Made by a program: the position numbers and the translations under genes. From Candidatus Onthoplasma sp. (GTDB lineage: Bacteria; Bacillota; Clostridia; Christensenellales; UBA1242), in the NCBI GenBank assembly GCA_045578345.1, contig JAZNKB010000003.1:82604-146603 (forward strand): a stretch of 64,000 nucleotides of DNA, given 5' to 3'. Positions 18,334 through 28,828 of this stretch are shown piece by piece. The notes beneath the pieces were generated by a model. It was given only the letters and a program-made list of their open reading frames with translations. It was not told the origin of the DNA and did not search any database. Positions within the stretch are counted from its first letter, which is position 1, and every line of letters begins with the position of its first letter.

Positions 18334-19149
18334 ATGAAAGAAATTAGTAAAGATATAAAAGCAATCCAACAACATGCTTTACAAATATTAAAGTATGTTC
18401 ATAAAATCTGCATTGAAAATAACATTAGATACTCTCTAGATGGTGGCACTCTTTTAGGCGCAATAAGACACAAAGGATTTATTCCATGGGATGATGACAT
18501 TGATATTTTCATGCCAAGGCCAGACTACGACAAGTTTATATACGTTATGGACCAACAAAACAATCCCGATTTCAAATGTTTACATTTTGGAAAAACTGAA
18601 AATTATTATTATCGATTTGCAAAAGTTGTGGACTTAAACACAAAGGTAAGCGAAGCTGACAACATTGATATACCAGAATTGGGAATTTATGTTGATGTGT
18701 TTCCGTTTGATGGTATTGATGTTGAAAATGCTGACAAAACAATCAAAAAGGTTAAAAAGATTCACAAATATGCAGGTTATTCAGCTTTGAAAAGCCTTCA
18801 AAATGTTAGTGGCAATAAATTAACAAAAGCAATAAAATACTTAACTTATCCGATTTTTAAATTAATTGGCTGGAAACACTGGTGTAAGAAATTTGAAAAA
18901 TTCGTTGGAAAAATTGATTACGATAAGCATTCTCACTTAATGGCATATTCAGGAATTAATTTCAAAAAAAATATCATTCCTAAAGCTTTTTTTGATGATT
19001 TAATAGATGTCGAATTTGAAGGAATGAATTTCAAAGCAATCAAAGAATATCACACATATTTAACTCAATTGTATGGTGATTATATGGTTTTGCCACCAAA
19101 AGAAAAACAAGTATGTCATCATGATTTAGTCATCTTTGAAAATAATTAA
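18334..19149 (+). CDS. licD: LicD-family phosphotransferase (phosphocholine or related phospho-alcohol transfer to glycopolymer)
   Basis: Motif DGGTLLGAIRHKGFIPWDDDIDIFMPRPDY. Confidence 0.85.
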   Translation: MKEISKDIKAIQQHALQILKYVHKICIENNIRYSLDGGTLLGAIRHKGFIPWDDDIDIFMPRPDYDKFIYVMDQQNNPDFKCLHFGKTENYYYRFAKVVDLNTKVSEADNIDIPELGIYVDVFPFDGIDVENADKTIKKVKKIHKYAGYSALKSLQNVSGNKLTKAIKYLTYPIFKLIGWKHWCKKFEKFVGKIDYDKHSHLMAYSGINFKKNIIPKAFFDDLIDVEFEGMNFKAIKEYHTYLTQLYGDYMVLPPKEKQVCHHDLVIFENN

Positions 19150-19159
19150 TGATTCAGCT

Positions 19160-19192
19160 CAAAAAAGCACATTAAATTAATGTGCTTTTTTA
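19160..19192. terminator. bidirectional terminator
   Basis: A-run, AGCACATTA-aat-TAATGTGCT, T-run. Confidence 0.7.
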
Positions 19193-19194
19193 AT

Positions 19195-21594
19195 TTAGAT
19201 TAATAAATATTTTTTAAATTTTTCAATTTCTTCTGCTGAGAATGCAAAATTAATTTCTTTATTAGATAATTTATTTTTAAGATTTTCAATTTCATTAGAA
19301 TGATCTGTTGAGTCGGCTAGCAACTTAATCATTTCTGCGATATAATCTAAATCGTTATCGTTCCAATTATATCTAGCCAACTCTTGTGTTCCGAGTCTGA
19401 TTCCATAGCCATTAAACAAATCTTTATGTTTTTTATTTAAGGTTATTTCATATTTATAAGCATTATTATAAATAGTATCCATTGTTTCCTTTGAACATCT
19501 AATAAACACTTGATGAGTGTAAGAATATTCATCACCAGCAACAGCAATGTCAAAATTCATAGCTTTTAATTTGCTTGCTAAATATCTAGAACAATGAACC
19601 ATATGTTGCATATATGCTTTTCCGTGTTTTTCAAATTCAATTAACGCAAACAAAAGAGAAATTTTTTGATGCATTTGTGAGTGTCTTAACAATAAAGGAT
19701 TAATCGTTTTCTCCATCATATCGTGCAAATACTTATCATTTGTTAATATTAATCCAGATGCTGGACCAGGGAAAGTTTTATGAGTTCCACCGAACATTAT
19801 AATGTTGCTCATTGTTTTTAATGGGTTCCCCATTAATCCTGCAGCAATTAATCCCAACAACTGACTACAGTCATAAAGTAACACGCAGTTCCTTGTGTCA
19901 ATTTTTGTAATATCCATTGGTTTAATGATATCTGAAGGAGCTAATAAAATAAATTTAATACCTTCTTCTTTAACTTGTTTGTTTAAAGCTTCGTAATCCA
20001 CATCAAAATTTTGCAAATCATATGGCGCTTCAAAAACTTTAATTCCTAACTTTTCTGCAACTGGTCTGACAGAAGCATGACCACCGTGTTGACTACTTAA
20101 AATCATAAGTTTATCATCCGGGTGAGTGATACTTTTCAACACCATATCAATACAATTCATTCCAGTAAATGGACGAGCATCAGAATATTTTGCGCCAAAA
20201 ACTCTTTCACAAACTTCTGACAATTTTTGATAGAAAGGATATAATTTTTCACAACCAATGAAATTATCTTCCATACTGAAAGAATATGTGTTGTTCATGA
20301 TATATCTTTCTTGAAATCCCATAACCAAAGGCAAGTTTGCAAAATGAGAAATAACATTTTCTGCAGCACATAGTGGAACTGTTCTTTTGTGATAATCAAC
20401 AAAATCATGTGTTAAATTGTAGAGTTCTGCAATTTCTTTTTCTGAATCATATTTTCCAACATTTTTTGCGATATGCTTTGATTCATATATTGCAATGCTA
20501 TTAATTTTTGCAATAACAACAAATTCTTTACCTCGAACATTAATGATTTTTTCTTCTGTTGGATTAACGTCAACAACATAACTTTCGTCATTGCATTTAA
20601 ATGCAAACATTGTTTTCTTAACTGAACTTAATGTTTCAACTTCTTGCAAATTTGATTCTTTAACATTCAATTGCTTTGCAATAAGTTTTAAAATTGATGA
20701 CCTTGAATCGTAAACATAACTTTTATCAAAACTCTTAAGTTCTTCAAAAGAGTCGAATTCGTTTATGTCTTCTTCGTTGCATCTTTTAGAATACATATAT
20801 AAATCTTTCAAATTATCATCTTGAATATCTGCCCAAAACTTATTTTTTGTTTCTGGCAAATCATATATTTTTGAAACAATTTCTATATACTTCTCTGAAA
20901 ATCTTTTAGAGAAATAAGCATGACCTAATGTCACCCAAACATCATAACATTTATCCCCATAAAATGTGTTTATAATCTTGTCGTCATCATCTGTTTCTAT
21001 TCCTCTTTCAGCAGTTTTACCAGATTGATAAATACAAGTATAATATGAATCGAATGCATAAGGTTGGAAAAGGTTGGTGTTAAAATAAAGGTCAGAAGAA
21101 GTTATAATTGTGTTTTTTAAATAATCTTTTGCAGCATAAACACTTGAATAATTGTTTCTTATGGCGTAATCTTTTGATTCAACCAAAATAACATTATATT
21201 TGTCAACCAAATATTCAAAAGCTTCTTTCATATATCCAACAACAACTATAATTTCTTGAATTCCAACTTCTCTTAATTGTCTTATTTGACGCTCAATTAA
21301 AACTTCACCATTAACTTCTAATAAACCTTTTGGTTTCTCATAGTTCAATGGTACAAACCTAGAACACATACCCGCTGCTAAAATAATAGCATTGTCCACT
21401 TTGTGAGATTTAAGTTCCAACAATCCTTTTTCTGTTAATTTTTCATCACCATTCAAATATCCATCACGAATAAGTTCATTAATTGAATTTGAAATCAAAT
21501 CTCTTTCTTTTTTTAATTTTTGACACAATTCTTCATGATTTACCGAATCGTCTTTAAATTTAGCCAATAATATATTAAATTTTAAATTTGTCAT
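19195..21594 (-). CDS. multidomain fusion: winged-helix-like N-terminus, LicC-type nucleotidyltransferase, unknown middle region, SHMT-like PLP domain
   Basis: 799 aa. NTP-transferase signature AIILAAGMCSRF..PKGLLEVNG. C-terminal SHMT-like motifs LCAAENVIS and GGTHKTFPGPASG (PLP-lysine context). Confidence 0.75.
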   Translation of the reverse strand: MTNLKFNILLAKFKDDSVNHEELCQKLKKERDLISNSINELIRDGYLNGDEKLTEKGLLELKSHKVDNAIILAAGMCSRFVPLNYEKPKGLLEVNGEVLIERQIRQLREVGIQEIIVVVGYMKEAFEYLVDKYNVILVESKDYAIRNNYSSVYAAKDYLKNTIITSSDLYFNTNLFQPYAFDSYYTCIYQSGKTAERGIETDDDDKIINTFYGDKCYDVWVTLGHAYFSKRFSEKYIEIVSKIYDLPETKNKFWADIQDDNLKDLYMYSKRCNEEDINEFDSFEELKSFDKSYVYDSRSSILKLIAKQLNVKESNLQEVETLSSVKKTMFAFKCNDESYVVDVNPTEEKIINVRGKEFVVIAKINSIAIYESKHIAKNVGKYDSEKEIAELYNLTHDFVDYHKRTVPLCAAENVISHFANLPLVMGFQERYIMNNTYSFSMEDNFIGCEKLYPFYQKLSEVCERVFGAKYSDARPFTGMNCIDMVLKSITHPDDKLMILSSQHGGHASVRPVAEKLGIKVFEAPYDLQNFDVDYEALNKQVKEEGIKFILLAPSDIIKPMDITKIDTRNCVLLYDCSQLLGLIAAGLMGNPLKTMSNIIMFGGTHKTFPGPASGLILTNDKYLHDMMEKTINPLLLRHSQMHQKISLLFALIEFEKHGKAYMQHMVHCSRYLASKLKAMNFDIAVAGDEYSYTHQVFIRCSKETMDTIYNNAYKYEITLNKKHKDLFNGYGIRLGTQELARYNWNDNDLDYIAEMIKLLADSTDHSNEIENLKNKLSNKEINFAFSAEEIEKFKKYLLI

Positions 21595-21663
21595 TTTTCC
21601 TCCACGTATACGACATTATAACACATTTTTCTCATTTTGTACAAACTCTTTAAGTATGTTTGT

Positions 21664-22947
21664 TTATTTTTCAGTTTCAGAATTTGACTCAACAAACGCT
21701 AACTCTTTATTAAACAATGCTTTATTTTTATAGGTTACTACTATTCTAGAAATCGCTAAAACAGCTTCAGTTAAACAGCGAACAACACATAATGTTAACA
21801 AATTAAATTGATTAATTAAAATCAAAAATAATATTCCAACAATTTGAACAACTGATGCAGCAATTGTGGAAAAAGTTGCTGCTTTCTGTTTATTAATTGC
21901 CCCCAAACATGGCCAACCGTAAAGCATTGCAGGAAAAGAAAGAATAAATAGCGGTATCAAATATTTTATTAGCGTTGCAGATTTCAGATAATCCGCAGAA
22001 AATACTAATGTCACACCCCAATCTCCAAGGAATAAAATCATAACGCAACCAACTAAAATCAAAGGCATATATATAGCCATAATTCTATGTATAATATTTA
22101 AGTTCTTTTCTTTAACCATGGTTGGGAACACGCTGTTCGTTATAGGAGAATAAAATGCTTGTATTGCATTAACAATTTGCATTGCTACTGTCCAATAAGC
22201 AACATCAGCCTTTGTTAAGAATAAACCTATCAAAAGAGTGTTTAAAGCCGAGAACGCTGTTGTTGCAAAATTTGACATGAAGTATATGAAAGAACTCCTT
22301 AAACTTTGTAATGCGTTTTTTATACGCTTAAAATTAAAGTTAATTTTAATGTCCATTTTCTTTAATTGCATAAACACTAACACAATTGCAATCAAAGATG
22401 CAACAATATCGAAAATAGGCATTAAATAAACATCACCGTCATTTTTTACAAATATAAACGTCAGTATTAACGCAATCACTCTCATTATCACATAACGAAT
22501 GGTGATTTTTTCCATTTGTTCATATGCTTTAAAAACAAACTCAAACAAAAATATGGATAGTATAGACGTTCCTAATGATAAGAGTGTGAATATTTCATAT
22601 CCTTTTAAAATATCAAAACCAAAACAACAAACCAAAGTTATAACAACAGAAAGTCCACATAAAAGTAGTTGAGCATACAACGTGTTTCCTATTGTTTTGT
22701 TCACCTGCTCTTTATTTTTAATTACGGAAATAATATCTTTAGTTCCTGACAATAAAAAACCAAAGTCAATTAAAATTTGCATGTATGCAACTATGCTTTT
22801 TGCAAAAGAGATCCCACCATAACAGTCAACAGATAAAACACGAGTTAAATATGGTAATGAAATAAGAGGTATAATCATTTTTGATATACTTAACAAATAT
22901 AACATTACCGTGTTCTTTATTAGAACTTTATTTTTTTTCTTATCCAT
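21664..22947 (-). CDS. Wzx-like polysaccharide flippase (MOP family)
   Basis: 427 aa polytopic membrane protein in a glycan locus. It overlaps the upstream GT gene by 8 nt. Confidence 0.75.
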   Translation of the reverse strand: MDKKKNKVLIKNTVMLYLLSISKMIIPLISLPYLTRVLSVDCYGGISFAKSIVAYMQILIDFGFLLSGTKDIISVIKNKEQVNKTIGNTLYAQLLLCGLSVVITLVCCFGFDILKGYEIFTLLSLGTSILSIFLFEFVFKAYEQMEKITIRYVIMRVIALILTFIFVKNDGDVYLMPIFDIVASLIAIVLVFMQLKKMDIKINFNFKRIKNALQSLRSSFIYFMSNFATTAFSALNTLLIGLFLTKADVAYWTVAMQIVNAIQAFYSPITNSVFPTMVKEKNLNIIHRIMAIYMPLILVGCVMILFLGDWGVTLVFSADYLKSATLIKYLIPLFILSFPAMLYGWPCLGAINKQKAATFSTIAASVVQIVGILFLILINQFNLLTLCVVRCLTEAVLAISRIVVTYKNKALFNKELAFVESNSETEK

Positions 22948-24127
22948 TAATCTCTTCTAAACTTTCAATTATATTTTTAAAATTTTCGTAATAATCCTTA
23001 CCCACCGATACATTATCATCTTCATAAGACAAATTCAAATATTCACCATTATAAAAATTATCAATTTCTTTTGCAAGCATTTTTTCTAAATTATCGCTTT
23101 TGTCCAAAATTATCGCGTTTTTACTTACGTTTTCTGGCAAACCACCAGAATTAGTTACAATTTGAGGAAGTTTAACCGCTCTTCCTTCTAATGCAACAAT
23201 TCCTGCTGCTTCTTCACAGACCGATGGTATAACCTGCAAATTTGCAATGGAATAATATTTATATAACTCTTTGTTATGAATGAATCCCGTGAAAAATATA
23301 TTGTCTTTATTAGATTCTGCCAAAGATCTTAAATATTTAACAAAAGGAGTCACATTAGAATTTTTAAACGCAGATTCTCCAACAATCATAAGTTTTATAT
23401 TTTTGTTGTGTAACGAATTTATTGCTTTAATTAAAATATCAATACCTTTAGCTTGCACAAGTCTACCACAATAAATTATCACGTAATCATCTTTGTTGAT
23501 ATTAAACCTTGTTTTTAATTCATTTCTTTCTTCCTCGGTTATTGTGTTAAAAAAGGTTGTTGAAGTTAAACAATTTGGCAACACCTGATATTTAATTTCG
23601 CTAAGAACTTTTGATTCCTGCCAATCTTTTTTTATGAATTCACTAACACACACCATATGCCCGAAAAATTTATCTATTTTGTGTTTAGGAATAATTTGAC
23701 TATGAACATGCAATGCTAATTTTTCTTTTCCAAACAGTTTCTTTAATTTTCTTACAGCATTATTAAAAGACCCTTCGTAGATTATAAATTCAGGATTAAT
23801 GCTTTTTATTGTTTTAACAATGTAGTTTTCATAAGAAGAGTAAACAGGAACAATATAGTTTAATCTTTTGTTAACCCCATTAACAATTCTATCAAACTTA
23901 AACCTAAAATCACTTTGATAAAAATCGTAAAATTTAGTGTTTTTATAATTTGTATAATCATAAATAGTATTATCATTTTTGTGTTTGCACATTATGATAT
24001 GGTATCTAAATTTCTGACTAACTTCATTTTCATCAATTAAAGCAGTTATTAAGGACTCAACAGCGCCACCATTGATTGCCGGAACAGGAAAACATCCCGC
24101 AGGAAATACAAAAACAATATCTTTCAT
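22940..24127 (-). CDS. glycosyltransferase family 4 (GT-B)
   Basis: E-x7-E region PSVCEEAAGIVALEG. Confidence 0.8.
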   Translation of the reverse strand: MKDIVFVFPAGCFPVPAINGGAVESLITALIDENEVSQKFRYHIIMCKHKNDNTIYDYTNYKNTKFYDFYQSDFRFKFDRIVNGVNKRLNYIVPVYSSYENYIVKTIKSINPEFIIYEGSFNNAVRKLKKLFGKEKLALHVHSQIIPKHKIDKFFGHMVCVSEFIKKDWQESKVLSEIKYQVLPNCLTSTTFFNTITEEERNELKTRFNINKDDYVIIYCGRLVQAKGIDILIKAINSLHNKNIKLMIVGESAFKNSNVTPFVKYLRSLAESNKDNIFFTGFIHNKELYKYYSIANLQVIPSVCEEAAGIVALEGRAVKLPQIVTNSGGLPENVSKNAIILDKSDNLEKMLAKEIDNFYNGEYLNLSYEDDNVSVGKDYYENFKNIIESLEEING

Positions 24128-24137
24128 TTTTTACCTT

Positions 24138-25085
24138 TTAAATTAATTTTTCTCTTATTTTTAATATACAACTCAAAATTTTTGGATACTTATAAAACAA
24201 TTTTGTCAATTTATTATCATAACCTTTGTCTGCATAAAAATCTATTTCCTGTCTTATTTTTTCCAAAATATCATTATCGAGTTTCGCCCATTTAACATAA
24301 TGATAATACAAAATCGAAATACGCAAATAATGATTTATTGCTTTATTTGTAAAATTAGGACAATTATTTGTAACAAAATCAATCCTTTCTTTTAAGATGT
24401 CCAAAATTTGTAATCTTTTTTTGTTAAAAGTACTTGCAGTGATACTATCATTTCTTTGAGTGTTGTTATACATTTTCAAATCAACAAATCCCAATTTTTT
24501 ACATTTATATAAGATTTTATGGATCACAGCCTCATCTTCATGAAGTTTTCCAACAGGATATTCAATATCTTTAAAGATGTCTTTCTTATATAGTTTTGCC
24601 CATGCCGCCATAATTAATGGAACTTTTTTGTTGTATATCAAGTCAAAAACTTCTTCTTTTTCAAAAATATCAAATTTCAACTTCTTCTTATTTATTTTTT
24701 TATTATATGGTTTATTAATGTCATAAACTTTCTTCCACGAACACATTGAAATTTCACATGAAGTTTTGTTCATTAAACCCATCAAAATCTCAATCATTTC
24801 AGGATGAATTGTATCATCTGAATCAACAAAACTTATAAAATTTCCAGTTGCAACACGCATTCCAACATTTCTGGCATCTGACAAACCGCCATTTTCTTTA
24901 TGAATCACTTTGATTCTTTCGTCTTTATTTGCCCAATCATCACAAATTTTAGGACAATTATCAGGACTTCCATCATCAACTAAAATGATTTCTAAATTTT
25001 TGTAAGTTTGATTAACAATGCTTTCAACGCACGCGTTAATATATTTTTCAACTTTATAAACTGGAACTATTATACTTACCTTCAT
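24138..25085 (-). CDS. glycosyltransferase family 2
   Basis: VSIIVPVYKVEKYI...NQTYKNLEIILVDDGSPD, DSDD. Confidence 0.85.
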   Translation of the reverse strand: MKVSIIVPVYKVEKYINACVESIVNQTYKNLEIILVDDGSPDNCPKICDDWANKDERIKVIHKENGGLSDARNVGMRVATGNFISFVDSDDTIHPEMIEILMGLMNKTSCEISMCSWKKVYDINKPYNKKINKKKLKFDIFEKEEVFDLIYNKKVPLIMAAWAKLYKKDIFKDIEYPVGKLHEDEAVIHKILYKCKKLGFVDLKMYNNTQRNDSITASTFNKKRLQILDILKERIDFVTNNCPNFTNKAINHYLRISILYYHYVKWAKLDNDILEKIRQEIDFYADKGYDNKLTKLFYKYPKILSCILKIREKLI

Positions 25086-25095
25086 TTATACCTCT

Positions 25096-27408
25096 TTAGA
25101 TTATTTTCAACAACACTGAATACAACTTATATTTTTGATGCTTAATCATGAAATAGGCGATTTTATGATTAAATCCAATGGCATTTTTTAATGCTAACTT
25201 GTAGTTATTTTCTGAGTATAAAGAATTCATAAACTCTGTGTTGATTATCTTTTCCACCAAATCTGGTTTTTGATTTCTAATCAATTCATTTATTAAACTT
25301 GCATACACATGATATTTATAAGCATTATGTTGATCTTCAGAAACTTTATTTTTGGATTTTAACAAAACCATTTCAAAAGATTTCATTTTCTCCTTAATTT
25401 TGTCTTCATTAAAATTGTGCATTGCGCTTGTTGCTCTTTGGAAATATCCATATAATGGTTCATTAACCACTGCAACTTTTGGATTTTTATTAAACACATC
25501 CATCATGAAAACCAAATCTTCAGATAATTTTAAATCAGGGAAAGTCACGTCAGCAATTATATCTCTTGAAAACAAAACTCGCCACACGCAACCCATAACA
25601 TTTTCTGTATGAATGTTCCCATCTTTTTCAGTTGTTCCAATCTTCAATAAATAAGGATATATGCTTTCTTTTTCAAGTTTTGTTAAATTATTTTCAACGA
25701 CTCGCTTTTCAACATTGTCTTTTTCAAATATGTGTTTAAATCCACACATTACCAAATCTGTTTTCTTCTCGGTGATTTCTTTATACAACAACTCATACAT
25801 TCTCTCATGAATAACATCATCAGGATCCATAAATGTTACAAAATCACCGGTGGCGATTTGCAAACCAGCATTTCTTGCTTTAGAAACGCCCTCATTTTGT
25901 TTATGAACAACTTTAATTCTTTTATCTTTTAAAGAATATTCGTCGCAAATTTTTGAAGAATTGTCTTTGCTTCCATCATCAATTATAATTATTTCCAAAT
26001 TAGAATAAGTTTGATTTATTACACTGTCCAACCCTCTTCTTAAATAGTTTTCCACATTATACACAGGAATAATCACACTTATTTTTTTATTTTCAATTAC
26101 TGGTTCGTTTGATTTTTTGTATTCACCTTCCAAAATAATTCTTTCGCTTTTAAATAACGTCATTGATATCAACACAACAAATAATAAAGTTGAACCCCAC
26201 AAATCCTCTGATAAAGAAATTAAAAGCAAAGTTGTTAATGGTATTAGGTTTACAAATTTAAACTTTTTTAATTTATTTTTAACCAACATAAAATAAGATG
26301 CACACAATGCAATTAAAAGTGTAAAACCTGCCAAACCTAATTTATATATCAACATAATAAGCAAGTTATGCCCACCATGCCCGTCCTCTCCTGCTGAAGT
26401 TATACCGCATCCGAAAATTATGTTAAATACCGAAGATTTCCATTTATTTATATAATCCAACCAAATAGACAACCTTCCAGTAAGCAATGAATCAACAACA
26501 TTTGAGTATTCATATTTTGTAAATCTATCGATAATCGATAAAATTTCTTCGTTAAATATTGTGAAAACAATTGTTCCTAAAAAGACAACGCCAAAAAAAG
26601 TTACAACACCAAGTTTTTTATTTTTAATAAACAAAATCACTAAAAAAACTAGCAACAAAACTAAAGATATTATTAAGAACGATTTTGATTGTGATGTGAG
26701 TCCAACAATCGATATAATTGTATAATAAATTAAAAAAGGAATATATTTTATTCTTGTTCTAAAGAACATCCAAACTAGTAATGATAATCCAACCAAACAC
26801 ATTATCTGGAAACTATTCGGATGACCAACTAAAGATTTAAATCTTGTTTCCGGAACATACACTGAAATATGTTTCATTTCTGGGATAAAAGCTAAAACAT
26901 AACCTATTGTTGCGGATATTAAAATCCCCATAATAAAATATCTAATAACTCTATAAACATTGATACTTTTTGAGTTAACAAAAATCAAGTAAGCAATAAC
27001 TAATATTATATTAAAAACCAAAGCACTCTCAATATTTGAAATATTGAATTTTATAAATGAGTAAAGCACCAAACAAGATGTTAATAAAAACGGAATTAAT
27101 TTTAATTTTTGTTCCATTTTAATGATTCCAATCAAATGTTTTATTGAAAATATTATAGCAAATATTCCCATAAACAGGTTGAAAAAACTTCCAACGCCTC
27201 TAAAATTAATTAAAAAAATTAACACACAAAAGCATTTTTCAATATTAAAAATACAACACGCAAATAAAAACAATATGGAAATTACAACCAATAATGCAAT
27301 TTTACTTGCAGGTAACAATGTTGCTAAAAGACTGCACAAAACAACCACACACAATAAAATGTGTGTATAAAATTCTTTTTGTTTTAAGTTGTTTATAATC
27401 TTATTCAT
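25096..27408 (-). CDS. fusion of O-antigen polymerase/ligase-like (Wzy-type) membrane domain with a C-terminal GT2 domain
   Basis: About 430 aa with roughly 10 TM helices, then ISVIIPVYNVENYL..NQTYSNLEIIIIDDGSKD and DPDD. Confidence 0.75.
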   Translation of the reverse strand: MNKIINNLKQKEFYTHILLCVVVLCSLLATLLPASKIALLVVISILFLFACCIFNIEKCFCVLIFLINFRGVGSFFNLFMGIFAIIFSIKHLIGIIKMEQKLKLIPFLLTSCLVLYSFIKFNISNIESALVFNIILVIAYLIFVNSKSINVYRVIRYFIMGILISATIGYVLAFIPEMKHISVYVPETRFKSLVGHPNSFQIMCLVGLSLLVWMFFRTRIKYIPFLIYYTIISIVGLTSQSKSFLIISLVLLLVFLVILFIKNKKLGVVTFFGVVFLGTIVFTIFNEEILSIIDRFTKYEYSNVVDSLLTGRLSIWLDYINKWKSSVFNIIFGCGITSAGEDGHGGHNLLIMLIYKLGLAGFTLLIALCASYFMLVKNKLKKFKFVNLIPLTTLLLISLSEDLWGSTLLFVVLISMTLFKSERIILEGEYKKSNEPVIENKKISVIIPVYNVENYLRRGLDSVINQTYSNLEIIIIDDGSKDNSSKICDEYSLKDKRIKVVHKQNEGVSKARNAGLQIATGDFVTFMDPDDVIHERMYELLYKEITEKKTDLVMCGFKHIFEKDNVEKRVVENNLTKLEKESIYPYLLKIGTTEKDGNIHTENVMGCVWRVLFSRDIIADVTFPDLKLSEDLVFMMDVFNKNPKVAVVNEPLYGYFQRATSAMHNFNEDKIKEKMKSFEMVLLKSKNKVSEDQHNAYKYHVYASLINELIRNQKPDLVEKIINTEFMNSLYSENNYKLALKNAIGFNHKIAYFMIKHQKYKLYSVLLKII

Positions 27409-27476
27409 AAATTAAAACTTTTTCTTTTATAAAGTCATTCGTTGTATAAATTTCTATATTTAAAAACCATCTTATC

Positions 27477-27565
27477 AAGCTGTAAAATTATTTAATATTT
27501 TCAACAAATCACAATTCTTATGCACAACAATGCTTAGTTTATTAGCGATAATGATTTTACAGCTT
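27477..27565. repeat. perfect 12-bp inverted repeat upstream of the Wzy/GT2 operon
   Basis: AAGCTGTAAAAT (27477-27488) and ATTTTACAGCTT (27554-27565). Confidence 0.5.
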
Positions 27566-27644
27566 TCACTCAAATTATATTATCAAAATTTGTTATTACT
27601 GTCAATAAAAAAGAATATAAACAAACTCATCGACCAACAAATAT

Positions 27645-27672
27645 ATAAAAAAGTCACCATAAGGTGACTTTA
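27645..27672 (-). terminator. terminator after GT2 gene 27706-28827
   Basis: AGTCACC-ataa-GGTGACT with a T-run on the minus strand. Confidence 0.65.
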
Positions 27673-27705
27673 GTTTGCAATTCAAAATAAAATCTCAAAT
27701 AAAAT

Positions 27706-28827
27706 CTATTTTTTTCTTAATGTTTTAAAATATAACTTAGTTGTTTTATCCAACAATTCTTTTTTCACAGATCCACCATTTTGTTTTATCCATTTTCTAA
27801 GTTTAAAGAATTTTGGCAAACTTAATTTTCTACTATTTAAGAAATATGTAATTGTAATCATTTGTTGTGTTAACAACCATTCAGGATTTGTTGTGTTAAA
27901 TTGTTTACAAACAAGTTCATAAATATTATTCTTTTCATCTAAATTTTCTATTATAAAATCAAAAGGTAAACATTTACTTATGTTTGTTTCGTGTACCCAA
28001 TACACACCCACCCAATCTTTCATCATACAAACATCTCCAAAACAAGCAGCTCTCATATATATTGATGTATCATTCATCATCTTCATATTAACAAAATCTG
28101 CTTGATCCAAAACGGTTTTTTTGAAGACTGTTGGGAATGTTGAATTTGGTTTTCTATATTTTTCTCCAAACCCAAAGAGAAACTTTTCTTTGTTCATTAC
28201 ATTACAAAATGTCAAAGGGTGAAAATCAAATTGATTTAAAATATCATTAAATATTATGCTATTTGCACAAACCATTGACAAATTACTATAATCATGGAAC
28301 AATGCAACTGCTTTTGAGAAGAATGTTGGTTCAAAATAAAAATCATCATCATCCGCAAAGATTATATATTCACCCTTAGACACTAAATACGCTTTTTGAC
28401 GATTTCCTCCAGGTCCAAGATTGGTTTCATTCTCAATATATATAACTTTGTTATTAGAACCATATTTGGATTTTACCACTTCTGAGGTGTTATCAGTTGA
28501 ACAATCATTAATTATAATTATTTCTAAATTTTGATAATCTTGCTCTAGTATGCTATCAACACACCTACACAAAAAATCCGATCTATTATATGTTGGAACT
28601 ATAACACTTATTTTAGGTTGTTTTTCCTTTACTACTGATAAACTTTTTTCAGAAGGTCCATTAAAAACAAGATTTGGTTGTTCAATCTTATTATATGGAA
28701 ATGCAAAAAACGTTTCATTAATTTCATATTTCTTGCATAAATCATTAATTGCTTCAATTACACTTATTGAAACCTCTTCTTTTTGATATGCAATATTTAA
28801 TATTTTTTTAAAATCTTCTATTTTCAT
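27706..28827 (-). CDS. glycosyltransferase family 2
   Basis: ISVIVPTYNRSDFL..QDYQNLEIIIINDCSTD, ADDDD. ATG 28827 is preferred over the GTG at 28836. Confidence 0.8.
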   Translation of the reverse strand: MKIEDFKKILNIAYQKEEVSISVIEAINDLCKKYEINETFFAFPYNKIEQPNLVFNGPSEKSLSVVKEKQPKISVIVPTYNRSDFLCRCVDSILEQDYQNLEIIIINDCSTDNTSEVVKSKYGSNNKVIYIENETNLGPGGNRQKAYLVSKGEYIIFADDDDFYFEPTFFSKAVALFHDYSNLSMVCANSIIFNDILNQFDFHPLTFCNVMNKEKFLFGFGEKYRKPNSTFPTVFKKTVLDQADFVNMKMMNDTSIYMRAACFGDVCMMKDWVGVYWVHETNISKCLPFDFIIENLDEKNNIYELVCKQFNTTNPEWLLTQQMITITYFLNSRKLSLPKFFKLRKWIKQNGGSVKKELLDKTTKLYFKTLRKK

Positions 28828-28828
28828 A

